Shown here: in pieces, positions 49,268 through 60,289 of the stretch
How positions within the stretch are numbered: the first letter of the stretch is position 1
Layout: each line of letters begins with the position of its first letter
DNA from: Camelus ferus
Lineage: Eukaryota
Direction: 5' to 3'
Length of the DNA: 64,000 nucleotides
Assembly: GCF_009834535.1 (NCBI RefSeq)
Contig: NC_045720.1
Span: 1,426,001-1,490,000 of the forward strand
Notes under the pieces: model-generated
What the model was told of the DNA's origin: nothing
The model's database searches: none
What the model saw: only the letters and a program-made list of their open reading frames with translations
Position numbers and translations under genes: made by a program

Positions 49268-50367
49268 ATGGCCTCTCCCAGGGCCCTGCCACCGCTGCTG
49301 CTGCTCGCTGCGCTCTTGGGTGCACACTCTGGTGAGTGCGGCAGGGGTGGCTGTGGAGGGGTCCTCGCCTGGCCCACCTCCTCAGTGGTGAGGGGGCGTC
49401 CGAGGGCTTTGAGTGGAAGCCCTCCTTAGGCCCACTGGGCTCACCTCCCTCACCCTAAAAGAGCCTCCTGGTCCTGAGCCTGGCTTCACCGGGGTGAAGG
49501 GGGCAGGGGTCACAGCCCGTTCTCCAGGCAGGAAAACTGAGGCTCGGGTAGAGAGATGCAGTGTTCAGGTCTGCCGCCCCCAGCCCCAGGCTTGAAGGGT
49601 CTCAGCGAGGCGAGCCCTGTCTCCCGGGGAGGGACAGGGGACGCCCTCCAAGCAGACCTGTGGGGATGCCCCAGGGGAGGGCCACCCCCATCTCTTCTCC
49701 AGCCTCCTTCCTGCCTCCAGGACGGATCTCAAAGTCAGGTGATGAGGGTCTGCCCCTACCCTTCACCCAGGTGAGGCCTTCAGGTGCTTCACGTGCAAGC
49801 AGCCCACGCCCATTTCTTTGTGCAAGAACATCACTCGCTGCAAGCCGGAGCACACGGCCTGCAAGACCACACTGGTGGCGGTGGAGTCAGGTGAGGCTGG
49901 GGGGTGTTGGGGGCGGGGGTCCAGCAGGCTGGCTCTGAAGGGCTGCCCAAGGGCTGCATCGGCCTCGGCTCTGGGCTTCCATCCCAGGGCCACACCGCGG
50001 ACCCCAGCAGGGCACTGGTGGGGCACGGAGGACTCCCCAGGCCTGCTGTTAGTTCAGCGGTCTCAAGGTGGCGGGGGAGGCGGTGGGAAGGTCAAGGTGA
50101 GGTGCATGGAGGCGGGGATGGCGCTGGGCAGTTGGGGGCTGGCTCTGACCCCTGCCCGCCCTGGCAGAGTTCCCCTTCGGCCAGAGCCCTGTGGTGACCC
50201 GCTCCTGCTCCAGCTCCTGCACGGCCACTGACCCGGACAGCTTTGGGGTCAGACACCCCGTCTTCTGCTGCTTCCGTGATCTCTGCAATTCTGTGGGGGC
50301 CGCCAGGCTCAGTGCCGGGGCCCTGGCCACTCTGGGGGCCACACTCCTCAGCCACCTCCTTCCCTGA
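49268..50367 (+). CDS. SLURP1: SLURP1 ortholog, 127 aa, with a C-terminal hydrophobic (GPI-signal-like) extension
   Basis: Exons 49268-49331, 49771-49890, 50168-50367. MASPRALPPLLLLAALLGAHSGEAFRCFTCKQPTPISLCKNITRCKPEHTACKTTLVAVESEFPFGQSPVVTRSCSSSCTATDPDSFGVRHPVFCCFRDLCNSVGAARLSAGALATLGATLLSHLLP; syntenic between LYPD2 and THEM6. Confidence 0.96.
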
Positions 50368-52462
50368 AGAGCCTGGCTCTGCCAGTGGCCACCACTGCTG
50401 GCACGCCTCCATGGCCCAAGCTCCCTGGGCCTCAGGTTACCCGTGGGACCCTAGGGGAGCTTCCCAGGTGGGCCTGGGTCTTCCCAAGTGCGTGGGAGGG
50501 GGTGTGGAGTGCTGCACCCACCAATCTCCATGGGCCTTAGTCTCCTCCTCTGACAATGGGCCTGTTACACCCTCGGCCCTGGGGACAGCTGAGATTCCAC
50601 GAGATTGTGTGCACGGAATACTAAGGCCGCCCAGCTTCCCCAAGGCCCCCCGGGCTGCTGAGAGGTTCCCAGGGGCCAGCCTGCCAGCCGGAGGAGCAGC
50701 AAGTGTCCTCGGGGGCTGAGCACCCCCCAGGGCCCAGGGCCCTTGGGCCCCAGGAGAGCCCGCCTCAAGCTCCTGCTTCCCCCTCACATGGCTCCCAGCT
50801 GTCCCCGGGTGTGACCTGCTCCAGCCCCACTGTAGGCAGGCGGAGGCAGGAGCCTGAGTGACCCCAGGGGCGTCGATGCCCCTCTCCAGGCACAAGTTCC
50901 CATTGGGCCTTCTGGGCCGGGCACTTTCCAGATTCTATGTATGGCCAAACTTCCAGACAGCCCCACTGGACCCTGCATTTGGAGGCAAGAAGCCAGAGCT
51001 ACGGCCTCCCCTCGGGGTCTGAGCAAGCCCAAGTCACTCCACCTCAGCTTCACCAGCAGAGCCACAGGGAGGGTGCCTTCGGGTCTCCGAGGCGGGAAGG
51101 GCAGATGGGAGAGGCTTGGCAGCTGCCCATCCCCCAGGAAGGCTGGTGGGCGGCCAGGGGCACCTGCAAGGCCTCCGCTCTGCTCAAGCGTGGCCAGCAG
51201 AGGGCGTGCGCCCCTCAGGCTCCTCCCAGGGGCAGCCAGGTCAGGGTCTCATACCCCAGACACCCAGAGATCGGCCACCAGGTCCTCTCCATCCCATCCT
51301 CTGCCCTGGCTCTCCCTGCCACCTGCCCAGGACTGAGACACGCCCCCATGGTATGTCCTCCAAACATAGACTGAGAGCCTCCTGTCCTCCTGTCCCCCTG
51401 CCCCCTCGGCTGGGGTGCATCTCCCTGAAGTGGACAGAGAAGTCCCCATGCCCCGGGGCACAGCCACACTCAGCCCAGACGCCCTTGAACATCTTGAACC
51501 ACACCCCCCTGGTCGCCCCCCACACACATGGTGCCAAGCAGGGCAGACTACGCCCAGGCACCCCAAGCAGGGCTCCCCAGCCCCTGCCCTGCTCCAGGGT
51601 CCCAGCCAGCCACTCAGAACCACTGGCTGGACCTGCCTGGGCCTAGACCACCTGGGGGCACCATTTCCTGTCTGCAGTCCCATTTGTAACTTGTCCCGGC
51701 TGACAATGGTCAACTCAGACAACTGCCATGACCCCCTCAACCCCCCTGCCTCGTGGCCCACAGCACCTGTGCCAACGTCTCTTAAGTGAAGAGAAACAGA
51801 CATTTGACGCGGCTGCCACTGGCTCAGGGCAGGCGTGAGGCACAGCCTGAGAGGCCCCAAGGCCCTCAGACCTGGCGGGAGACGGAAAGGGCAGCAGACC
51901 ACTGACCTGCCATGTGCTTCTCCACTCCCACTGCCCCATCCCTGAGTGCCTGCTGCAAACACAGCTGCTTCCAACTGCTCTTTCTCAAGTCCGCCTGGGC
52001 CCTCCTGGGCAGAAGGTCAGGGCACAGACACCCCCCTCACTCACCTGCCCTATGTCCTCTCAGGGGGCCCTGCAGAATATCCCTGTGCTCCGCCCCCACC
52101 CATCCCCCCACCCATGAAGGCCCACTGACCTGTGTCCCCACGTGCCTCCCCCGACTCTGCCCAGTGATCCCCCAGGGGCCTGGGGGCCCAGACCCAGAAT
52201 CTGGGGCACAACCTCGCAAGCCCCTGTGGAGGGCTGTGGATGAGGAGGGCCAGGGGCTGGAAGAGGCTTTGGGCAGCTCCTTTCTGGCCTTGGTCCCATG
52301 TTCCATGGACCAGGGACGAGTCCTGCCCGGGCAGCCTGGCCCCAAAGTTCACGTAACAATTTGGGCAACACCCCCCTCCACAGCTGTAAGTGGCCCGCCG
52401 CTTCCCTGGCGGGGGTGGGCCTCAGAAATGGGGCCTCTCCGGCACACTCACATTTAACACCC

Positions 52463-52489
52463 TTTAATCCTGGGCTTTCTTTAAATAAA
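52463..52489. terminator. Back-to-back poly(A) signals: ATTAAA (-, THEM6) and AATAAA (+, SLURP1)
   Basis: tttaat 52463-52468 and aataaa 52484-52489 in a short AT-rich island. Confidence 0.6.
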
Positions 52490-53853
52490 ATGGCAATATT
52501 GCAGCTTTCCCATGGCAGCTGTAAGGTGGACGACAGCGTTGGGACGGCGTGGGATCGGGGCGTGGCTGCGCTCTTGGCTCCAGCTGGCAATGGGGTTTCT
52601 GGAACGGGGCGGCAAGGAGGCAGTTCCAGGCCCCAGCTGCTCTGCCCTGTCCCAAGGGCCGGCGGGGGCAGCTGCAAGCAGGCACCCTGCCCTGGGCAGT
52701 CACACACATGGCAAGCAGCAATCCTACACCCAGGGACCTGACCTCAGTGTCTCCAGCCAGCCAGGGACCAAGGCCCGCCTCACTTTGCCCCTGGTGCTCT
52801 TGGAGGCTCCGGGCCAGTGCCTGCTTCTCTCCAGTTTTCCCTTTCTGCAGCTGCAAGTCAAGGGACTGGGCAGGAGCGGGAGACCTCAGCCACCATTGCA
52901 GCAGGCTGGTGAACCCATCAGGGAGCCCCAAAAGCAGCTGCCAGGACCCAGCAGCCACGAAGACCTCTCTCCAGCCTCAGCCTATCAAGAGAGGCAGCTC
53001 TTAGAGCAGGAAAGAAAAAATCAATAGCGGGGCCAGATGTCAGGCAAGGACAGCCCCAGTGGGTGGACAGTCTGGGGTGCTGCAGGCCCAGATAAAGCAG
53101 GGCCCCGCCCAGCGTCACAAGCACGGCCTTATGGGTGCTGAGGGGTGCAGACAGGTGAGGGCACCCAGGCAGATGCCCACCTCCCATCCCTCCTCAGCAG
53201 CAGACCCCAATTAGGACACCCCCAGCTATGGGAGCTACCCACCTCCACAGGGGCCCCTGCGCCAATGGACCTGCACTGGCCTCAGCACACTCTCTGGGGC
53301 CGCAAGTCTCTGCCGCAGCCCCTCCCCCTCCCTCCCTCCCTCCCCTGCAGCTCCCGGCTGTCCCTGAGTCAGGTCTCGAGGCCCTGGCCTGGCCAGCCTC
53401 AGCTCTGCTGTGCCCCCAACAGCAGCTTAGACTCCAAGCTCCGGCAGGGCTCAGGGCAACTCGAGGTGGTCCCCTGCTCCAAGCACTCAGGCCCTTGGAA
53501 GCCTGGCTCACCTGCAGGGCGGGCCATCCCCCAACGCCCACAGGCTGCAGGCCAAGGGCCAGGGGCCCCCACTTTGCCCATCAGCACTGCCCTGAGGGCA
53601 GAGCTGGTCTGGGTGCCTCTGTCACCCCCATCCCATGCTCAGTGCAGGATGAGGCATAGAGGGGCATGGATAATGGGGGCGGGGGAGGGCCCTGAGCATG
53701 TGAATGGGGCCAGGCTGGTTGCCAGGCTACTCCAGTTTGGAGAGAGCCTAGCCCAGCCAGCCCATTCTCCACTCTCTGCTGGCGGCAGGCGGGGAAGGAT
53801 AGGCAGTTGCCCCCAGGCCAAGGCTGGTGGGCAGGGCAGGCCAGCTGCAGTGG

Positions 53854-56541
53854 TCACTCGTCCTTGACGACATCGCTGAGCCCACTCTCGGCCCGGAGCA
53901 GCTGGCTGCTGGCCTCATTGTAGGCAATCCAGTGCTGCAGGTCTTCCGGCAGCTCAGGGGGCTCCACCTGCAGGGGAGAGCAGGGTGAGACTCCCACAGG
54001 CCACCCGCTGCCCTGTGGATGAGCCGCATTGTGGGGAGGGGGACCCAGCCCGGTTGCTGCCCTCACACCTCTGCGCCTCTGCTCATGCTGTTCCCTCTGC
54101 CTGAATGCTGCTCCCCAGCCCCAAGGGGATGTCATCCTCCTCCCCTTCCAGGTATCCCCTCCCTGACACCCTCCCAGGCCCCTCGGTGCTTCCTCTCCCC
54201 CATCCTAGCTCTCGAGACACCACCCTGCCTTTGTTGGGCCTGTCTTCCCCAAGCCCAAGCCCTCTGCATGTCCCCAGAACCAGGGCAAAACCCTCTGAGG
54301 CCAGCAGCGGGTGGAAGGAGACCCAGAGTGACCAGAGGCCTGTGGGAACAGAATCCAGAGTAGAGTGACTGCTGGGAGAGCCCTGGGCAGGGGCTTGTCT
54401 GAGCCCCTCTCGTTTTCAGTGCACCAACGGGAGCTGGACTCCACCTCCCGGGTCAGCTCTGAGCCTGACCACCACCACTGCCAGCCCTCCTACTCAGCGA
54501 CACCTGCCACCTCCCTGCCAACCCGGCCATTTTGTGATGGGGCCAGGTGACAGGCTGGGCCAGGTGGAGGGGTCTGAGGCCCTGCAGTGGGGCTTTGGGG
54601 GCTCTCAGGGAGGAAGGAGCGTCAGGGGGGCTGGGCAGAGGTGCACAGAGCCAGGTTACTGGGCGAGTCTGGGCAGAGCTGGGCCTGGCTCTTGGACGCA
54701 TCCTCCTCCCAGCCCAGCTGTAACGACCAGAGCCAGACTTGGCTGCAGCCAAGCTCTCCCCACAAGGCCACACTGTCCATGTGGATCCCTGGGCACTGGA
54801 CTCAGCCTGCCCCACACTAAATCCCAGGTTGCATCTGGGACCCTCCCGCCCCAAGGGCTCAGGCTGGGTGACTCCTGGCCATGCCCTGGCCCTCCTATCT
54901 GTGGCTGGGTATCGTCGGGGCATCCCTGCCATGCTGTGGTATGAACCCCCTCACCTCTCATGTGGACCTCACCCATCAGCCCACACCTGACCATGTGGCA
55001 CCCTCCCCTGAGGGAAAGTGGTCTTGACTCCCTCTCCTCCATCTTTCGGTCACAGCACTCAGCTCATCAATTTAAGGCATCAGTGGCCACCTGCTGGCCT
55101 CCGGACACATGCAGGGACACACAGAGCATCTCTGGGGGTGTGGGGTGGGGAGAGACCCAGGCCCTGTGGGGGTGTTCCTGACTTAACAGAGACAGAAAAC
55201 CAGGGGGCTAAGCCTGTGGCCTGCTGTGCAGCCTCGGGCAGCTCCCATCGCCTCTCTGAGTCTCAGTTTCCCCACCTCTGATATAAAGGAAAGGCTGGCC
55301 TCTTAGATTAAGGTGAGGCTGTGTTCCTCTGCTCTGGTCCAGGGCCAGAGATGGCAGTGCCCTGCCTGAGAGCACCTATGGGTCTGGGAGTCCCTAGCTC
55401 TGGCACGGAGGCTCCAGGCACGTTTTTAGGAACCTGCTTGCAGCAGGAGTCTGCTCCAGCAGCCATCACCATGGCGGCATCCCCAGGGCCCGGCTGCCAT
55501 GCAGCAGTAGCAGGCCATGCTGTACCAGGAGGAGCAGGCCCTGGGGAAAGGCCCTGAGCCTCAGGCAGATGCTGTGGCCTTCTTCTCTCCACCTGCAAAA
55601 GGCAGAAGGGCCTGCAGCTCTCTGGGACTCAATCCCCACCCCACACCTAGGTGATGGTGACCCAGCCCCTTAGCTCTAAGCTAGGTGAAGGGAATCCCAG
55701 GTCCTTGAGAACTCCCAGAAACCTCCTGCACAGACAACCTCCCCCTCCTTCCTCCATCTTCCATTCAGAACCAAGGACCGGTGAGGCTGACTCCACACTC
55801 CGACTGAATCTGACTATGAAAAGTTGATCAGGGGACCTGGGAAGGTCCCAGTAAGAACAGCATCAGAGAAAAAGGCCCTGGGTCCAAAAGAAAGGGCTGG
55901 AGCAGTACTTAGCAGGGCAGAGGCACTTGAAGGAGGGGTAGGCACTGGGCCTTCCCAGGGCTGGGGGCAGGGATCAGGAGTCCTCCGGGTCGGGCGGAAG
56001 GAGTGAACTCGGGGCGGGGGATGCTCACCCTGCGCTTGCACAGGTGCTGCACGACGCGCTCCGGGGAGGTGCCCAGCACGTGCTGGCGAGAACGCACCAG
56101 CGCGCACACGAAGCCGTCTCGTAGACTGATGAAGCGCGCCTCCAGGTAGAAGGCGCGGTCGTCCCAGCCCAGCAAGCGGGTGCGCACCTCGAACGGCTCG
56201 AGCAGGCGCAGCGAGCGGCGGTAGCGCGCGCACGAAGCGGCCAGCACGGCGCGGGCCCCGAGAGAACGCAACGCCCCGAGCACGCCGCAGCGGGCCAGGT
56301 GCGCGGCGCGCGCCACGTCGGCCTCGCGCAGGTAGCGCGCGTTGTTCATGTGCAGCAGCAGGTCCAAGTCCGAGGGCAGCACGCGGCCCGCGAAGCTCTG
56401 CTCAGCCAGCAGGTCGCGGACGCGCGGCTGCAGCAGGCGCGCGCGCAGCACGGCGCACGGCACGCGCACCAGGTACCAGCCATCCAGCAGCGCGAAGTAG
56501 GCGAGCGCCAAAGCCAGCACCGCCACGAGCAGCCCCAGCAT
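53854..56541 (-). CDS. THEM6: Thioesterase superfamily member 6 (208 aa)
   Basis: Exons 56541-56029 (171 codons, [29 protein letters not shown]...[18 protein letters not shown]...HLCKRR|GTGAG) and 53967-53854 ([37 protein letters not shown]). Confidence 0.98.
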
Positions 56542-57000
56542 CGCGGCGGCGGCGGCGGCGGCAGCGGCGGCGGCAGCGGGCGCGGCGCGCGGCGAAGCCC
56601 TCAGCACGGGTGCCAGCTGTGCGCGCGGCGCCGGAGCCCGAGCGCTGCCACCCGCGCCCCGCGGGCCCGCCTGGGAACCCGCGAGAGCGGCGCGGCCGGA
56701 GCGAACCACCTCGCGAGGCCGGCTGAGGGGGAAAAGCGCCCGAGGTCGCTGGCGCCGCAGGCTGGAGCCCCGCCCCGCCCCCCCCCGACTCTCAGTGGTC
56801 CGTCCCATCCCCCGCCGCTAGCGCCGCTTTCGCTTTTCCCCGGGGCAGGCGGGGCACGGGGCGGCGCGCCGAGGGCCACAGCGGCCTCTGGCGGCCACGC
56901 CCCGCTCTGCAGGCGCAGGAGCTTCCCGGATCTCCCACAGCGTCGCGCCCTTGCTCGGAGCGCTAGCCGCCCTGCGCCTCTCCGTGGCTCCGGTAGAGCC
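55990..57000. promoter_or_regulatory. THEM6 CpG island/promoter with GC boxes and a candidate CTCF site
   Basis: CpG-dense; cgccccgccc at about 56770; TGGCCGCCAGAGGCCGCTG on - at 56879-56897. Confidence 0.75.
56542..56580 (-). repeat. Interrupted (GCC)n tract immediately 5' of the THEM6 ATG
   Basis: gct gcc gcc gcc gct gcc gcc gcc gcc gcc gcc gcg ATG. Confidence 0.85.
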
Positions 57001-58329
57001 TGACTGGCCCCAGGGATTCCGCCTCTAATCTGGGAGGGTCAAAGTCTCCAGCACGTCCGTGGCTTAGGCTGTGGAGTTCTGCATGAGAAATGGACTCAGC
57101 CCGGTCCCCGGTGGCGCTGCTTGGAGACTACAGGAAACCAACCCTCCTCTGCTCCAGAACCTCCAGAGCTCCCGACTCCCGCAGGGCGATAGCCCCAGCG
57201 CGTGTGCGGCGGATTCATCAGAGCCTGGCCCCAATACACCTTTTCAGTCCCAGCCTGTAACCTCACTAACCCTTCCCACTCATTCATCCCTCCCCACCCC
57301 TCCACCCCCAGGATCCTGATAACCATAAACTCATTACCAAGCATTCCCACCCTTTATCCCTTTAGAAACTGGGATGGAGCGGGAGGAGTTGATAAATGTA
57401 AATGACTCAGCAGTGGATTCAAAGGCTTCTTGCCTTAGGCACTTGGGACGCCTGTCCAGGGGAATGTGGCACACAGTCACGTGTCCTGCCCCTCTTCTCT
57501 GCAGGACCAAAGGGGGAAGGCCCAGAGAAGGCCTCGCCAGCTATCCCAGCTGGCCTCCAGGGCTCTCCAACGACTGCATCTGTCTGTGACCCCAGTGGCT
57601 GCCTACTTAGGTCTGTGCTGGAGTCCGGGGATGGGTGGGTTTAAGGAGTTACTGAGTGATTTCTGGGGACCAGTGGCTCTGAGAACAGGTCCGGCAGCAG
57701 CTGGACCGAGCCAGCTAGGCTGTAGTTCAGTCCACACCTGCCTGGGCCTGGGGTTTCAGGGTTCTCGAAGGACCCTTGGAGGAAGGAGCCCCGGGGCCAG
57801 CCCCGTCCCACAGTCCACGCTGGGGCTGGGCGGCCTCCCGCACCTTGGTCAGACCTTTGGGGCAGAGGCTGTTTTTTGCTTTTCTGGCTTTGCTTCTGGG
57901 GCCGGCAGCTGGGCAGAGGGGGATCCGGTTTTTCCTGAGTCCCTGGATCTGCTCGGACGCTCCCGGGGGCAGGGAGCTCATTCCCATCAGATGCGCTAGG
58001 AAAGCCCTGGCACACTGTGCACACTTGTCCCCGTAATGCTCTCCCTGGCCTGGCTCGGCCCTGAGCTGTCCGTCCCAGGGGTGGGCTCACTTCTCAGATC
58101 CAACGGAATGACATGTCCTCAGAGCCCCCTTGGCTGCCGCTCTGAGAATGCAGCCTTCTGGTCACCCACCTCGTCTAGTCTCCCCGCGGCTAGAGACCTG
58201 AGATGTCCGAGTGGGCTAACGAGTGGGAAACTAGCCCAGAACGTACAAGACCCCTGCCCCACCCTCCTCACAGCCAGTACGCCCTCCCCCTGCTTCCTCC
58301 TGAGCTTGTATCCAGGCTGCTGCCCAACA

Positions 58330-58370
58330 CACGGGCGCGCACGGACACACGCGCACACACGTGCACACAC
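58330..58370. repeat. Alternating purine-pyrimidine (CA/CG) tract
   Basis: acacacgggcgcgcacggacacacgcgcacacacgtgcacacac. Confidence 0.6.
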
Positions 58371-58975
58371 TGCCTTATGCTGTTCCCTCTGCCGGGGGAC
58401 CCTCCCCTCCCATCTTCCCCTTCCCTGACGCCTAGACTGGGCTGGATCCCCAGAGCCCCGGTCTTACTACTCATGGATGTGATTCCGTAGGCAGGGGGTG
58501 CTGTCTCCCTGCTGGACCTTGAGGCCAGGAGGCCAGAGCCTGGTCTGCCTCTTTGATTGCCAAATCCTAGGGCCAGCAGGATGCCGGGTGCACTAAGGGC
58601 GCTCAGAACGCAAGAATGCTGAAGGGACCAGCGCCTCCTCCATCTGCCATCCTGCGGCTTCAGTCTCATACAATGGATGCACGTATCTTGTGGTGGGTCA
58701 TTGGCAGTTTATCAGGGGATTGGAAGGAGTCTGGGCACCGGCCCTGGAATCCCCTCCCTCGGCCCTGGCTTGGAGTATCCCAGCCCGCGGAACCAAGCAG
58801 GGTGGGGGAGCAGCGGAGGGGTGCTCCTGGGTCTCCTTGGTTCCTCGAGGACCCTGATGTCTGGGTAGCGCCGGACATCGCTGCCAGAGGCAGGTCCGGA
58901 GCCTAAGTTCTAGTGGCCGCCTCCTGGATTGGAGGCTGCAGAGCCAGGAGGAGCAGGGGCTCAGGATGCTGACCC

Positions 58976-59599
58976 TTAGAACAGGAGCAGCGGAGCGAGC
59001 AGCTGGAGTGCGGCGGCCCAGCCCCTGGACCCGGCCCCACCCAGGCTCCGCCCCGCCCCCAGACCCGCCTCCGGCCCCGCCCAGGATCCCAGGCGCGCCG
59101 CGCGAGGCGCACAGAGCCTGGCGGCTGCCGCTCGGCAGGTCTTCTGGCCCAGCCCGTTCGGGTTCCAGGGCTTGCGCGCGGCCCCGCACACCTTGGTCAC
59201 CGTGCCGTTGCCGTGAAGGGGTAGCCTGCGGGCGGGCCAGAACCGGGGTGGCGAAGGCGCCAGACCTCTTTGTCCGCAGTGTGAGCCCACTGTGGGTCTG
59301 AGACTCCGGTCCATAAAAAGGGGGTGATCACCCTAGTAGATGATGGCTCTGCCACAGCCCAGGGACGGAACCCGGCGACTCCTTTTCCCCCAGGTGACTC
59401 TGAGGGAGACTGAACCACTTGTTCCCAGAGTGGCTGGCTGCTCGCTGGGGCTTTTTTCTGGGTGCTGCCTGCCCTGGGGCAGGGCTTCCACAGCACTCTG
59501 TGGTGGTGGTGACGCAGGCCTGGGCCCTGAGGGTGCGTGGTGCTGTTTAGGCAGCAGGCCATTACCGGTCCAGGCACTGGGCACAGGAGGACCCCTCAC
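58976..59599 (-). pseudogene. Relic SLURP1/LYPD2-like Ly6 paralog (exons 2 and 3)
   Basis: Exon2 from 59599: cccccag|GT GAG GGG TCC TCC TGT GCC CAG TGC..., conceptual GEGSSCAQCL(fs)PVMACCLNSTTHPQ(fs)AQACVTTT. Exon3 59225-58976: cccgcag|GC TAC CCC TTC (1-nt del) -HGNGTVTKVCGAARKPWNPNGLGQ..., ending in the hydrophobic tail WAAALQLLAPLLLF*. Confidence 0.75.
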
Positions 59600-60024
59600 C
59601 TGGGGGCTATCCAGCCCCACAGCCTTTGTGGGACAGCTGGATGGGGTCCCGGCTCTGCACCCTGCAGCTGTGGGCACTTGGGCAGGAACTCTGAGTCTCT
59701 CTTGACTTAGGAAGGGCCCCTTGGGATTCCCCAGGGCCTCCTTGTCCCCACCCGGAGACCCACACTCCTCCCTGTCCATCTAGCTTGACTCCTCGCTGCA
59801 GCTGGAGTCAAGTGGTGGAGGGCGGGGGCATCCCCAGGGAGCCAAATGAGTCATCAGCCTGGGGGGAGCCAACCAACCTGAGCCCTGGAGGGGCCAGACG
59901 GATGGTCTGGCTGAGCCAGAGTCCTCAGGGGAGGGCAGCCTGGGACTGGCTGTGGCTGGGAGCTGGGGCCAGGGCAGGAGACATCCACTCAGGAGTCCTG
60001 GTTTGGGGTGGAAGGAGCCAGCTC

Positions 60025-60280
60025 TGTGACCTCAGGGCAGCTCTTCACCTCTCTGAGCCTGTTTCTACTGGGTTTGGAGCTTCCACCCTCAGCAGTTCTA
60101 ACCAGCTGTGTGATCTTGGGTAAGTTGCTTCACCTCTCTGTGCCTCAGGTTCTCCTCTTGCAGCCCTACCTCAAAGGGGGTGGTGAGGAATGGATGAATG
60201 ATGCATGGGAGGCCCACAGACAAGTGCCAGGCTCGGGCTGAGGACACGCGTGTCTGCTGTTGTTGTCACCCATTATTACA
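60025..60280 (+). mobile_element. MIR (two core copies)
   Basis: ccagctgtgtgatcttgggtaagttgcttcacctctctgtgcctcagg. Confidence 0.8.
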
Positions 60281-60289
60281 GATACAGAT

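Noticed and set aside
51912-52020. SACCKHSCFQLLFLKSAWALLG resembling an LU C-terminus with GPI tail
   Set aside because: CC-x3-C without N, no acceptor or upstream Cys; falls in the probable SLURP1 3'UTR
56542-56808. 89-aa N-terminal extension of THEM6 from the in-frame ATG at 56808
   Set aside because: That ATG lies beyond the GC boxes, probably upstream of the start site; the 56541 ATG gives the expected 208 aa
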